This document shows, one piece after another, positions 21,543 to 32,211 of a stretch of 64,000 bases of DNA (its first letter is position 1; every line of letters begins with the position of its first letter). The stretch covers positions 64,001 through 128,000 of the forward strand of contig DATGZA010000011.1 in assembly GCA_035297365.1 (NCBI GenBank), given 5' to 3'. A program made the position numbers and the translations under genes. The notes under the pieces are model-generated. The model worked only from the letters and a program-made list of their open reading frames with translations, had not been told where the DNA came from and did not search any database. Origin of the DNA: Nitrososphaeraceae archaeon (GTDB lineage Archaea; Thermoproteota; Nitrososphaeria; Nitrososphaerales; Nitrososphaeraceae).

Positions 21543-23246
21543 TTGCTAGTTGCTGAATATCAATATATGTTATTTCCCCATGGAAACAATCTTTTATTTC
21601 TATATTTATTATCAGCAACAACAATAATTTTATCAATTTTAAGTAGTAGTGATAATAATTGGCTTATTTCAACTGCAGAAGCTACTACTAATAATCTTCC
21701 TCTTTCGATACTTGATGGTGAGAATAATATTAGTAATACTATCACTACCACTCCCATCAAACATATTGTGATTCTCTACCAAGAGAATATTTCATTTGAC
21801 CATTATTTGGGTACATATCCCAATGCTAAAAATCCTCCTGGTGAACCCAAATTTGTAGCCACTCCAGATACTCCTCCCATTAACGGTCTAAACTCTACTT
21901 TGCTATATCAAAATCCAAATTCTGCTGATCCTGTTCGTATGGATAGATCTCCAGCAATAACTTGTTCTATGAATCATGGTTATACAGCTGAGCAAAGTGC
22001 ATATCATGGACGAGCTGATAAATTTGTAGAGTATGCTGGTCCTCCTTTTCCAGAATTTTGTACTGACCTCGAAAATAAGCAACTAGTTATGGGATATTAT
22101 GATGGTAACACGGTAACTGCACTATGGAATTATGCTCAACATTTTGCAATGAGTGATAATTTCTTTGGTACTACATATGGCCCATCTGTATTAGGTCATA
22201 TTAATCTCATTTCTGGTAACACATACGGTGCTTATATTGTTAATCCTATGCCACCCTATGAGACTCACACTCATGATGGATCTCGCATTATCAATGGTAC
22301 TCTTATAGCCGATAGAGATCCAGCATTTGATGATTGTTCCAATTCCACTTATTCTGTAATGGCTATGGAGGGAAAAAATATTGGAAATCTTTTAAATGCT
22401 AAAAATATAACATGGGGATGGTTCTCAGCAGGATTTATACCATCTATTAAAACTGCAGATGGTCAATGGCATTGTTCTTTTACAGGCATACAAGCATATG
22501 ACATATTCAACGGAAATAACAATACACAAATATATCATTATTATCCTGATGTAGAGCCTTTTCAATTTTATAATAGCACTTCAAATCCTCATCATTTACC
22601 TCCAACTTCAATTTCAATGGTCGGTCATACAGACCAAGCAAACCATCAGTATAATATGAGTTATTTCTGGGCTGCTGCAAAATCTGGAAATATGCCAGCC
22701 GTAAGTTTTCTTAAATCTCCTACATTTCAAGATGCTCATGCAGGGTTTTCAAATCCATTAGACGAACAGATTTATCTTGTGAATACTATAAACAGATTAC
22801 AGCAACTGCCACAATGGAATGAAACTGCAATTATTATTACATATGATGATTCTGGAGGATGGTATGACCATGTGATGCCACCGATTGTAGGTAGCTCCAA
22901 AGACTTGCAATTTGATAGAATATCCGGTATTGGTCAATGTGGTAATGCGACTACAACTATTGGACCTTTTCAAGATCGGTGCGGTTATGGTCCACGTTTG
23001 CCTATGTTAGTTATTTCTCCATGGGTAAAAGTTAATTTTGTAGATCATACCCTTACTGATCAGACTTCTGTTCTACGATTTATAGAGGATAACTGGAATC
23101 TAGAACGTATAGGACATAATTCCTATGATGAAAAAGCAGGTTCAATTTTGAATATGTTTGACTTTGACAGGAAAGAACAGCAACAACAGCTTGCCAGTCC
23201 TCTCTTCTTAGATCCTATCTCTGGGACACCAATTTCATCTAAATAG
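21543..23246 (+). CDS. Secreted phosphoesterase (phospholipase C / acid phosphatase family)
   Basis: PIKHIVILYQENISFDHY, MSDNFF, ITYDDSGGWYDHV, GPRLPMLVISPW. Confidence 0.92.
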   Translation: MLVAEYQYMLFPHGNNLLFLYLLSATTIILSILSSSDNNWLISTAEATTNNLPLSILDGENNISNTITTTPIKHIVILYQENISFDHYLGTYPNAKNPPGEPKFVATPDTPPINGLNSTLLYQNPNSADPVRMDRSPAITCSMNHGYTAEQSAYHGRADKFVEYAGPPFPEFCTDLENKQLVMGYYDGNTVTALWNYAQHFAMSDNFFGTTYGPSVLGHINLISGNTYGAYIVNPMPPYETHTHDGSRIINGTLIADRDPAFDDCSNSTYSVMAMEGKNIGNLLNAKNITWGWFSAGFIPSIKTADGQWHCSFTGIQAYDIFNGNNNTQIYHYYPDVEPFQFYNSTSNPHHLPPTSISMVGHTDQANHQYNMSYFWAAAKSGNMPAVSFLKSPTFQDAHAGFSNPLDEQIYLVNTINRLQQLPQWNETAIIITYDDSGGWYDHVMPPIVGSSKDLQFDRISGIGQCGNATTTIGPFQDRCGYGPRLPMLVISPWVKVNFVDHTLTDQTSVLRFIEDNWNLERIGHNSYDEKAGSILNMFDFDRKEQQQQLASPLFLDPISGTPISSK

Positions 23247-23681
23247 ATAATGAAAAAAAAGCAGTTAATTGTAGATGATATATCACAGTGATAAAAAATT
23301 ACTCTCTCTATAGACACATTCCGGAATAGCTTAATTAAGAACTTTAACCATTCTAAAATGTAAGAATCATGGGTAACAACAACAAAATCTTACAAATAAT
23401 TCAAAAGAAGAGGAAAAAATATAGCTCTGGTTGTACGATATCATGACAATATATTTCAGAAAGGAAGTTAGAGGTAGCTGATGAGATTCTATCACTTAAT
23501 TTTGTTATATATAATCCAGTTATTCCTGAAAACCTACGTAAAGGCCATGAAGGAACAAAAAATATGCATCTAAAACAATAGCAGCTGTTCCAGCAGATGG
23601 CAAACCTGCATATGACGATATTATCGACAAGTTGTTAGATTTTTATGATAGTAAGAATAAACAACAACAACAACATCAGAA

Positions 23682-23942
23682 ATGAAACTGAAGACTATAA
23701 TCAATATGGGTGACCCTACTGATATTCAGAATGGCGAGACCTGTCATGTATGTCAAAAAATATCTTTCTTCTTTGTAGAGTTATGGGAAGATAAAACATC
23801 AACTCCAAGGACAAGGATATGCAGTGAATGTATTAAACACTTGAATTCAAAGTTTACAAAGACATTCGAGTCAAGAAAATTTCTACAAGAGATAACAAAG
23901 TCAGAAACACTTCTAAAAGAATTTCTAAGGTCAAAACCATAA
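23682..23942 (+). CDS. Small zinc-finger-like protein
   Basis: CHVC...CSEC. Confidence 0.5.
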   Translation: MKLKTIINMGDPTDIQNGETCHVCQKISFFFVELWEDKTSTPRTRICSECIKHLNSKFTKTFESRKFLQEITKSETLLKEFLRSKP

Positions 23943-24274
23943 TGAACACTAAAAAATATTTATCCTAAACCTTCTCCTATTTATGATATCATTACATGTG
24001 GAACAAAAAGTCAAATTAATTCAGTTAAATATAAAAAGTTTTGGAAGATTAAGAGAGTATAACAGATATTATAATAATTATGACTACAATGTTAGTTCTT
24101 TTGACGCTATTATTGGAAAACTAATAGATTTCTAGGAGAAACAAAATATTGTTGCTATAGAAGAAACAGATGGTACAGTAAACTGATACAGTTACAACAA
24201 TGACAACGACGAGAAGAAAATGAAGATATTAGAGTTTTATGCAAAAAACATGAGAAAAGTTACTACCCATTATT

Positions 24275-24376
24275 TATTTGTCTAATCCAATTTGCTTCAT
24301 GAATTCAGCATTATCCCAAAATAGATGTTCTTCGGCAATCGGTCCATCTTCATTCCATCGCGCTATTGAAGCCATA
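24275..24376 (-). pseudogene. C-terminal fragment of an ester cyclase (SnoaL-like) gene
   Basis: Reads ASIARWNEDGPIAEEHLFWDNAEFMKQIGLDK*; no N-terminal part present. Confidence 0.55.
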
Positions 24377-24549
24377 AATCTTATTCCTGAATAAGAATAC
24401 TTCCAATTCATCCTTTTTAAAAATTTATCTTCTATGATTGATAAAATTATTCATGAGTTTAATTGTTATTGATATTGCTAGAAATCAATTTTATTTATTT
24501 TACCTTATTATTTATTTATCAAAAATGTGTTATAACAACTAATTATGAA

Positions 24550-25116
24550 TCAATCTATCCACTTGAACGATTTTAACATTTTTTCAAAGTCTGGAACATA
24601 TTTTTCATATAGATTTCCAGAAGCCGTGTATCCTATACGATATGGTTCTTTATTATGAATTACATAATATTGTAAGAACTTGAATCCTTCCTTCTCTCCA
24701 ATTCCTTCTGCATATATCTGTCTTGAGGTTTCATTAGCCACTGTTACGTTTTTCTCTGAAATAACTTTCATTAAATTTTGTTCGTCTATCATATATTTTA
24801 CATATGCATCAAGAGGTGCATTTTTGATACCATAATAAGCATCTTGTTTAAAAGACGCTGCCGCGTAAGTTGTGTTTGACCCAAAATGTTCTGATGGCAT
24901 TGCACCTATTGAGTTAGACGGACCAAAACCCAGAAGTTCTGTAGCATAACCATCCGAAAAGACTTCATACCTCCAATTATCTGGAATTTCAACTTGAAAA
25001 TATAAAGTTTTTTCTATTGTAGTATTACCATTTTGTGCATAAATATTAATAGTAATTACAGAAAAATTGAGGATAACAATAACAAGAATAACACCACTTA
25101 AAGTGATTATTCTCAT
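24550..25116 (-). CDS. Secreted PsbP-related protein
   Basis: Signal peptide, F.VEIPDNW, Y.IGY...YEKYVPDFEKMLKSF. Confidence 0.75.
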   Translation of the reverse strand: MRIITLSGVILVIVILNFSVITINIYAQNGNTTIEKTLYFQVEIPDNWRYEVFSDGYATELLGFGPSNSIGAMPSEHFGSNTTYAAASFKQDAYYGIKNAPLDAYVKYMIDEQNLMKVISEKNVTVANETSRQIYAEGIGEKEGFKFLQYYVIHNKEPYRIGYTASGNLYEKYVPDFEKMLKSFKWID

Positions 25117-25419
25117 TATTAATTTTTTAATATCTTGTCTTTTAAAGATATTGATTTTTGAATATAATACTCACAGAAATTATCAGCTATTGTTTTCGTA
25201 GAAATCTATTAGTATCACAATTATGTCATCAAAAGAAATTGTATTGTCATCATCATCATGATTATAATATCTGTTATGCTCTCTTAACCTTAGAAAAGTC
25301 TCTCTTTTTAATTGAATTAACTTGAATTGTGGTTCTATTTCTCTTTGTTGTTCAAACAATTATAATTATAATAAAAGAAGGAAGATTTAGAATGAATATT
25401 TTTATTTATTTACTAGATT

Positions 25420-25554
25420 GAAAATATTTCATATTGTGCTTGTACATCAAATGCGATTCTTCTTATAGTCATTAATTGAGAATGATAAAATATTACAAGA
25501 TTCGATAATGTTTCTTCTAACCATAGATATATTAAATTCGTATTTAAAAATGCA
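25420..25554 (+). promoter_or_regulatory. Conserved leader of the CVNSNINVNG family (copy 4)
   Basis: attcttcttatagtcattaattgagaatgataaaatatt...gataatgtttcttctaaccatagatatattaaattcgtattt. Confidence 0.7.
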
Positions 25555-26180
25555 ATGAGCAATCAAAAGATAGTTAATGCGTCTATACTGGGAGCAATAC
25601 TAGCGACAGGTCTACTGGCTCTAAACCCATCAATGCTTACAAACGCACAAGCACAGATGTACAATTATGATCATGGAAATGATACTATAAAGTATACTCC
25701 GATTCAAAATCACCTGATGTAAACGTTCAGAAAATAAAATGTGTAAATAGCAACATCAATGTCAATGGTATAGATATAACCGAAATACCTCCAGATGGTA
25801 CGACTGCAGCAGAAGCAGCAGAAAATGAAGGCGGAGCAGGAGCAAATAGCCAGAATGATAATGGTCTTGCAGACAAAATAAACTTCGACAAAAACCTAGT
25901 AAACGTATGTGCAAATATAAATGATAACGAACAGACAAAAATCAGTTCTCCAAAAGAAGCAAATTTGCTTGTGACCAAAACTGTCACCTGTGAGGACTTT
26001 TCTGATGAGTCGGTTCCTTCGGTTCAACAGGGGGTAAATCCTTGTCCAGTACTTGAAGCCACAATAACCGAAGATCAATTTGATATTTCGGTATCAGGTA
26101 ACAATCCAGTTCGACCTCAATTTCAAGGTTCAGAAGGAGGACATGAAACTCATAGGACACTTACTATCAAAATAATATAA
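25555..26180 (+). pseudogene. CVNSNINVNG-module copy 4, frameshifted near 25690, with a short beta-rich C-terminal part
   Basis: MSNQKIVNASILGAILATGLLALNPS then, in another frame, VQKIKCVNSNINVNGIDITEIP...KNLVNVCANINDNEQ continuing into ORF 25965..26180. Confidence 0.8.
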
Positions 26181-26409
26181 CCGATCATTTTTTTATTTTT
26201 TGTTTATTAATCTATTACTCTAGTGATATTAATTTATTTTATTAATATAGCCATGGTTACCTTAGTGATGAAATTACCTTTCACTTAATTTTGGAATGAT
26301 GTTTTTCTACTGCTTCTCTGTTGTGTGGTTTCAACAAACAGTAGCATAGATTCAAATCTCTATTAAAGAAAATGTTAAGGTTGGTATACGCATGCTAAAT
26401 TCTAAGTTT

Positions 26410-26526
26410 AAAAAATGTTATTGAACCCTATTAATATACGGGCTCGGAGCGCTTCGAGTTTGACATTTAGTTGGGATCTGTCTTTACAAATTTAAACTTT
26501 AACTTTTTAAAATCAATGTGACCATT
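26410..26526 (+). repeat. Dispersed site B2 (L1 + B)
   Basis: aaaaaatgttatt-GAACCC-N11-GGGCTC-ggagcgcttc-GAGTTT-gacatttagtt-GGGATC; right extension matches 51542-51617. Confidence 0.9.
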
Positions 26527-26538
26527 TTAAAAAATCTT

Positions 26539-27258
26539 TTACCGTACAAAAATTTTAAAACTAGCCTCCCTCATGGGATCAAATCTTGGTGGTGGACCTT
26601 CGTTACCCTTAAGCAGATCAACAACTTTCAATTCTATGTCATGTTTTCCAGGAGACAGTTCATGCAACAATAAGAAATAACCAGTAGCTAGCGCCTTATA
26701 TGTGCCAGGATTGATTGTTCCCCAAATGTCTATTGGGCGCTCGGGAATCGTAATATTAAAAAAGTCAGTTTTAATTAATGATCCAGCAAGATCCACGTTT
26801 TTACCATCTACAGTAACTTTCATGTTGTTAAGGGGAGTAAGAATATTATCAGCACATTCTACTATTTCTGCATCAGTCATCGGACCAGAAGTACCACTAT
26901 CACAGAAAGTCGTTGTTATTGGAAGCATGACAGCTTTACCAAGTGGAACATTGCAATTATAGTTGATCTTGCCCTCACCTGGAATAACATCTGGTAAGAA
27001 CCATACAGGACCACTTTGCATTACAGAACATCTTTCAGAATCAGAATAATCCTTTACTGGATGTTTGTCGATAGGAATACCTGCCCACCACGTCCACCAT
27101 TTTGCCACCCATTCTGAATAAGGACTGTCATATGGCGAAGAATCTATTGTAAATATGTCAAAATTTGAGCTGGCTATAGTAGTAGTAATTATTCCGTTCC
27201 AACTGAGAATTATAATAAACAGAATAGGTATTATAATTCGAACAAATAGTGGGTTCAT
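26539..27258 (-). CDS. Secreted Cys-containing protein, paralog of 18822..19547
   Basis: Signal peptide; DSSPYDSPYSEWVAKWWTWW, QSGPVWFL, VTVDGK, LSPGKHDI. Confidence 0.8.
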   Translation of the reverse strand: MNPLFVRIIIPILFIIILSWNGIITTTIASSNFDIFTIDSSPYDSPYSEWVAKWWTWWAGIPIDKHPVKDYSDSERCSVMQSGPVWFLPDVIPGEGKINYNCNVPLGKAVMLPITTTFCDSGTSGPMTDAEIVECADNILTPLNNMKVTVDGKNVDLAGSLIKTDFFNITIPERPIDIWGTINPGTYKALATGYFLLLHELSPGKHDIELKVVDLLKGNEGPPPRFDPMREASFKIFVR

Positions 27259-27369
27259 AGTGAAAAGTATGTCCCTGTTCTTTATTTCTTTTTATATATA
27301 GATGTTTATCTTACCAACAGTATCTCTAATAAACATGTTTTAGATATTAATAAATAGTAAAGTCTGAGA

Positions 27370-28734
27370 TTGCACGAATCGAAGAAAATTCAATATATTT
27401 TTAGTTCATCAGGTCTTATTATTGTAGTAGGATTTGTAATTGTTCTACTTCATATAGTTGACATGACCGCAGGCGACACTTGGGCTTTGAACATCAATGA
27501 CCGTAATTCGTTTCAATATATAATAATATATTTTATAATCACGGTGACATCACTAGTTATCCAAGCTTTCCTTCTTATGATCTCTATAAAGATAGCATTT
27601 ACAACCAAGAAAGCAACCTCGCATCTATCAATGATAACCAGATACCTTTATGTAGGATCACATATGGCAGTAATGGGTTCCATTGCATATTTATTGGCAG
27701 AACAAGTAGTAACATATAGATATCATACGGTATTACTCGAGTTAATAGTAGCACTAAGTTTTATACCATCAATTTTAATCTTCATTTCATTAGCATTCAG
27801 AAATCTAAAGTCATTTTCATCCACTAAAAGAAAAATCGTTATGGTATACGGTATAGCCATAATTGCGATTGCAGTACAATTGATCATTGCCTTTTGTTAT
27901 ATAGAGATCAATCTCTATAGTAAACCTGAGATCATAACTCCTGATAGGAATCCATGGGCATCCTATTTCTATACAAGTATCCAAAGTAAAATGTCCGTAA
28001 GTTATGAGATTAGTGAGGATATTTCCTTTATTATCATATGGATGGCTTCTATATTACTTACTAAACCATATGCACAAAAGATTGGGAAAATAAAATATTC
28101 GATAACATTGAGTGTTCCAATAATATACTTCCTATTTCAGTATTCTCCACTATTGTTGGAACAAATGGGAACATTAAGTTTTCTTGTTATGGCAGAAGGA
28201 TCATTATTTTTATATTTTTACAATTTTGTTTTAAATACAGTTAATATAGGAACGGGAATATTAATTGGAATCTCATTTTACATATTATCTAGATCTTTGG
28301 TCTATGATGATTTAAAATATTACCTGATAATATGTGGCACAGGAATCATGATTATCTTCAGTAGTGGTGTTTCAACAATCTTAACCTTAGCTCCTTTTCC
28401 AGCATGGGCTATTGTTTCCCTTTCATTTATCTTGCCAGCATCATTCCTATTTTTAATTGGGCTCGATTCAGCAACATATTATATTGCAAGTGACACTTTG
28501 ATACGTAGGTATCTGTATAGACATAGGGATCAATTTGGTCTATTCCAAGCTTTGGGTTATACAAAAGCTTCCGACATTGTTGAGCAAAAGGTACGTAAAC
28601 AACTCGATAATCTCAAAGATAAAACATTTTTTGAACCAGTATATGAATTAGAAGATACGAAACAGTATATCCAGAAGGTAATAACAGAAATGAAAGAATC
28701 TGATACAAAAATAGATAGTTCAAAATCGGATTAA
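27370..28734 (+). CDS. Polytopic membrane protein, paralog of 17374..18735
   Basis: Similar length (454 vs 453 aa) and hydrophobic pattern; PFPAWA..IASD..LFQALG tail. Confidence 0.75.
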   Translation: MHESKKIQYIFSSSGLIIVVGFVIVLLHIVDMTAGDTWALNINDRNSFQYIIIYFIITVTSLVIQAFLLMISIKIAFTTKKATSHLSMITRYLYVGSHMAVMGSIAYLLAEQVVTYRYHTVLLELIVALSFIPSILIFISLAFRNLKSFSSTKRKIVMVYGIAIIAIAVQLIIAFCYIEINLYSKPEIITPDRNPWASYFYTSIQSKMSVSYEISEDISFIIIWMASILLTKPYAQKIGKIKYSITLSVPIIYFLFQYSPLLLEQMGTLSFLVMAEGSLFLYFYNFVLNTVNIGTGILIGISFYILSRSLVYDDLKYYLIICGTGIMIIFSSGVSTILTLAPFPAWAIVSLSFILPASFLFLIGLDSATYYIASDTLIRRYLYRHRDQFGLFQALGYTKASDIVEQKVRKQLDNLKDKTFFEPVYELEDTKQYIQKVITEMKESDTKIDSSKSD

Positions 28735-28831
28735 TTTTCGATTAAGTTAGGAATTAATTTATGTATATAAAAAGCAATAATCAATTGTATCTACTCTAAA
28801 AATAATAAGTTTTGATCGAGATATTAATTAG

Positions 28832-28901
28832 ATATTAATAAACTTATTAATGAGGGTGCAAACAGAGGATAGTCAACCGTTTTTCACATAATTTTGTAGT
28901 T
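28832..28901 (+). repeat. Dispersed site A4 (L3 + A, with AAAC inserted in the core)
   Basis: atattaataaact...gggtgc-aaac-agaggatagtcaaccgtttttcacataattttgtagtt; partner of 59168-59238. Confidence 0.8.
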
Positions 28902-29042
28902 TGATAATTTTTGTGATTACCTTATTCCTTCCTTATTTACAAAAGACTTTGATATTAATCAAAAGTTTTGTTATTCAATTCCTTAAACACATAAAATAAG
29001 AGTAAGATGAGGAGATGCTTCTGTAAAAAAATTTTAGGTAAA

Positions 29043-29267
29043 TTAAAGTTCTTTACGTTCTACACCAAATGCTACTTTTATTGTAGTTTTATATTGAGTA
29101 ATATTACCTGTATTAGGATCTACTGTACCAGTCTTACTTATGACTTCGAGTCCTGTAATTCCACGTATCGTCTTCGTTGCCTCATCTAGGGCAACTTTGA
29201 CTGCCTCTTGCCATCCCTTATCTGAACTACCAACAAGTTCGGTTATTGTTGCAATATGATGAGTCAT
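29043..29267 (-). CDS. Dodecin family flavin-binding protein
   Basis: ELVGSS..GWQEAV..AL.EATKTIRGI...YK..IKVAF. Confidence 0.9.
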   Translation of the reverse strand: MTHHIATITELVGSSDKGWQEAVKVALDEATKTIRGITGLEVISKTGTVDPNTGNITQYKTTIKVAFGVERKEL

Positions 29268-29781
29268 ATTTGTTATGAGTATTCATGCTTATTAATGGTT
29301 ATCAATAAAAGAATCTAAGAATTATTATAAAAACATGCAAATTGACAGAATTATAAATTTGTTGTATGCAATCGACCGTCAAATGGAAATTAATTATTTT
29401 CAATATTTTTAATATATACTTTAATAGGTTTTAAATCACTATAACAAAACAAAAATTTGGTTATTTATTAACCAGTTTTTGATTTAATAGTCTGAATCCT
29501 TTGTTTCTCTGTATGATGATAGAATAAAAACTAATAACGATTTTTATTTAAAAGATGTGAATATTATCTTAAATTAACAGAACCCAATTTTCCCTATCAA
29601 CGATAAGTCATATTCTAAGTCATCCAGATTGAACGCTTAAGTACACCTTTATTCGTGATTGAAAATAACTGTTGTAAAAAGGAAATTTCGATATTTAAAA
29701 TTGATAGTAATGGTAGGATTATCATTAACTAAATGATTATTTTTATTTGTAGGTATAAAAGAATAAGAATCGCTACAAATA

Positions 29782-30900
29782 TTGTACAATATGAATTACA
29801 TTGGCACCATGCATGAGAATGAACTAAAAAATGGAGAACATAAAAAAGTAAAAGTTAAGGACAAAGAAATAATCATTTTTAAATTAAATGATAATATAAC
29901 TGCCATTAGTAATACATGCCTTCACAAAGGAGGACCTTTATCTGAAGGAAAAGTGGAAAAAAAATATGGTGGTTACTATATTACTTGTCCATGGCATGGA
30001 TGGGAATATAATCTTGTTACGGGAAAGGCACCTCCAGGATATGAAGAACAACAAGCAATGTACGATGTAATTGTAAAAGATAATAAAATACACGTTTCAG
30101 AGAAGCCTATTATATTACCTTTTAGGGGAACACATAAAGAAAATCCTTTACAAGACCTTATAGAGTTAAAATACGATACAAGTTCTACTTCTCTGAATAT
30201 ATTAGGAATTTCAACTACAAATATGAATGAGAAATTACCTAGGATTTCAACATCAGAATTAGTATTGCAAGAAGCACTCGATTATGCTAGGAGAGAGTAT
30301 CAAGCAAATACAGTAATGATAAGACTTTCAGATATTGAATTTAGGCATTGCGAAGGATATTATAGTAGAAATGAAATGGCGTGTACTTGGCCTTGCTCGA
30401 TATCCGAAATGGATAGTAATGATGGAATGAATGATATATATCGAAAAATGATTCTATGGGCTGACATAGTAGTAGTTAGCACCCCTATTCGATGGGGTAA
30501 TGCTTCATCACTTTATTACAAAATGATTGAAAGGCTTAATTGTGTTCAAAATCAAATAACATTACATAATCGCGTTTTAGTAAACAACAAAGTTGCAAGT
30601 TTTATAATCACAGGTGGCCAAGATAACATACAAAGTGTTGCTGGACAGATGATGATGTTTTTTAGTGAGTTAGGTTTTACATTACCCCCTTATTCATTTA
30701 TGGGATGGAGTAGAGGTTGGATAGCTGAAGATATGGAACATAATGTACAACAATTCAAGAAATCAAGGTATATCAAGAGATCTTTAAGAGATCTAGTTGA
30801 TAATGATATAAAATTATTAAGACAATTGAAAGGAGATCCTTGTATCCATATTAATTTCCCTCAACCAAAAATTACTGATACTTCTTCTTATAATAAATAA
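29782..30900 (+). CDS. Rieske [2Fe-2S] domain fused to a flavodoxin-like NAD(P)H-dependent FMN reductase domain
   Basis: CLHKGGPL...CPWHGWEY; CEGYYS...CTWPC, ADIVVVSTPIRWG, ITGGQD. Confidence 0.85.
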   Translation: MYNMNYIGTMHENELKNGEHKKVKVKDKEIIIFKLNDNITAISNTCLHKGGPLSEGKVEKKYGGYYITCPWHGWEYNLVTGKAPPGYEEQQAMYDVIVKDNKIHVSEKPIILPFRGTHKENPLQDLIELKYDTSSTSLNILGISTTNMNEKLPRISTSELVLQEALDYARREYQANTVMIRLSDIEFRHCEGYYSRNEMACTWPCSISEMDSNDGMNDIYRKMILWADIVVVSTPIRWGNASSLYYKMIERLNCVQNQITLHNRVLVNNKVASFIITGGQDNIQSVAGQMMMFFSELGFTLPPYSFMGWSRGWIAEDMEHNVQQFKKSRYIKRSLRDLVDNDIKLLRQLKGDPCIHINFPQPKITDTSSYNK

Positions 30901-30920
30901 ACTTCTCAAAGGGATAGCAA

Positions 30921-31640
30921 ATGGATAGTGATGTTATTTCTTATAACAAAATTATACCTTTGAGAACTATTTGTAGGGTAATTGCTAAAATAAAGTCACA
31001 GCAAATAGAATCTTTACCCCACTTTGGTCATGAAGCATTATTTTTTCAGAATAATGCAGTAACAACCGGACTAATGAATAATACAAAAGAACTTAAGATA
31101 GATTTTTTTAGTGGCTTATTTTTATCTTACAAGAATGAAGATACTATACAAATCGATTTGACATCTAAAAATATTCAAGATATATATGACTTTTTTACTA
31201 ATAATTTTGATCTTTCTATATCCCAAGAAATCACGAATCTGGATAGTCAAGAATTACAAAATCATTATTATTTTATGTCAAAGGCTAACCTTAGCTTAGA
31301 AATATTTAGAATGAGGTTGGGTGGAAAGTTTACGCTTGTGCATTTGTGGCCACATGGATTCGATCTTTCTGTAGAATATTTTACTGGAATACAGAATCAG
31401 CAAATTGGAATTGGAATATCACCTGGAGAAGAAAATATTTCCTTACCTTATCTCTATATCAATCCTTATCCTTTCAATCAAGAAATCAAAGAGGAAAAAT
31501 TACCATTAGGGGAATGGTATGATAAATCATGGAAGGGAATAAAAGTCGAGTGGAATGAGATATCTTCTAAAAATGAAAAAGAAATTGCATCTTTCATCTC
31601 CCAATTGTTTAAAATATCATACAAAAATTTTATTAAATGA
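30921..31640 (+). CDS. Hypothetical protein (DUF5996-like)
   Basis: VHLWPHGFDLS...GISPG...PYLYINPYP. Confidence 0.6.
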   Translation: MDSDVISYNKIIPLRTICRVIAKIKSQQIESLPHFGHEALFFQNNAVTTGLMNNTKELKIDFFSGLFLSYKNEDTIQIDLTSKNIQDIYDFFTNNFDLSISQEITNLDSQELQNHYYFMSKANLSLEIFRMRLGGKFTLVHLWPHGFDLSVEYFTGIQNQQIGIGISPGEENISLPYLYINPYPFNQEIKEEKLPLGEWYDKSWKGIKVEWNEISSKNEKEIASFISQLFKISYKNFIK

Positions 31641-31920
31641 TATTGTAAAACTCCTTTGTTAAATTAAGCAGTAAAAATTATAGGCAAAAATATCCCGTCT
31701 ACTATATGAAAATTAAACTTAGAAATATAACATCTAGCTTTATTGTAATGTATTTTTCATATTTGTACTTGTTCTAAGTTTTAGAAAATATAGTTAAAAT
31801 ACTGCAACCTTTTAAAGATCAAAAAAGAAGTTATGTTGCTGAATGGTATTGGATTCACCGATTTGGTTCATTGCAGATCTATAACAAGCATAGAAGTATT
31901 TCCGTATTCATAGTAGGTAA

Positions 31921-32035
31921 ACATTTCTAAATTATTGTCTTTATAAAATACTTTGCAGAAAGTTGATGTAAAAGAGCCTTGATACTATATGGACTCGGAG
32001 GGTAGTAAACTGTTTTTGACACAATTTTGAAGTTC
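31921..32035 (+). repeat. Dispersed site A5 (long L2 + A)
   Basis: GAGCCT-tgatactatat-GGACTC-ggagggtagtaaactgtttttgacacaattttgaagttc. Confidence 0.9.
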
Positions 32036-32211
32036 TATATCAAAAATATCCACAAATTGTTCTTACATTCTAACAAAAATACCATCGATATCTCACTTTT
32101 GATATGGGTGTAGAATGGATGAAAAACAATAGTAAATTAGAAAATTTTACATTACTCAACTACTTACCTATTAAAAATTTTTAACGTGATACCTATAATT
32201 CTATTTAATTA

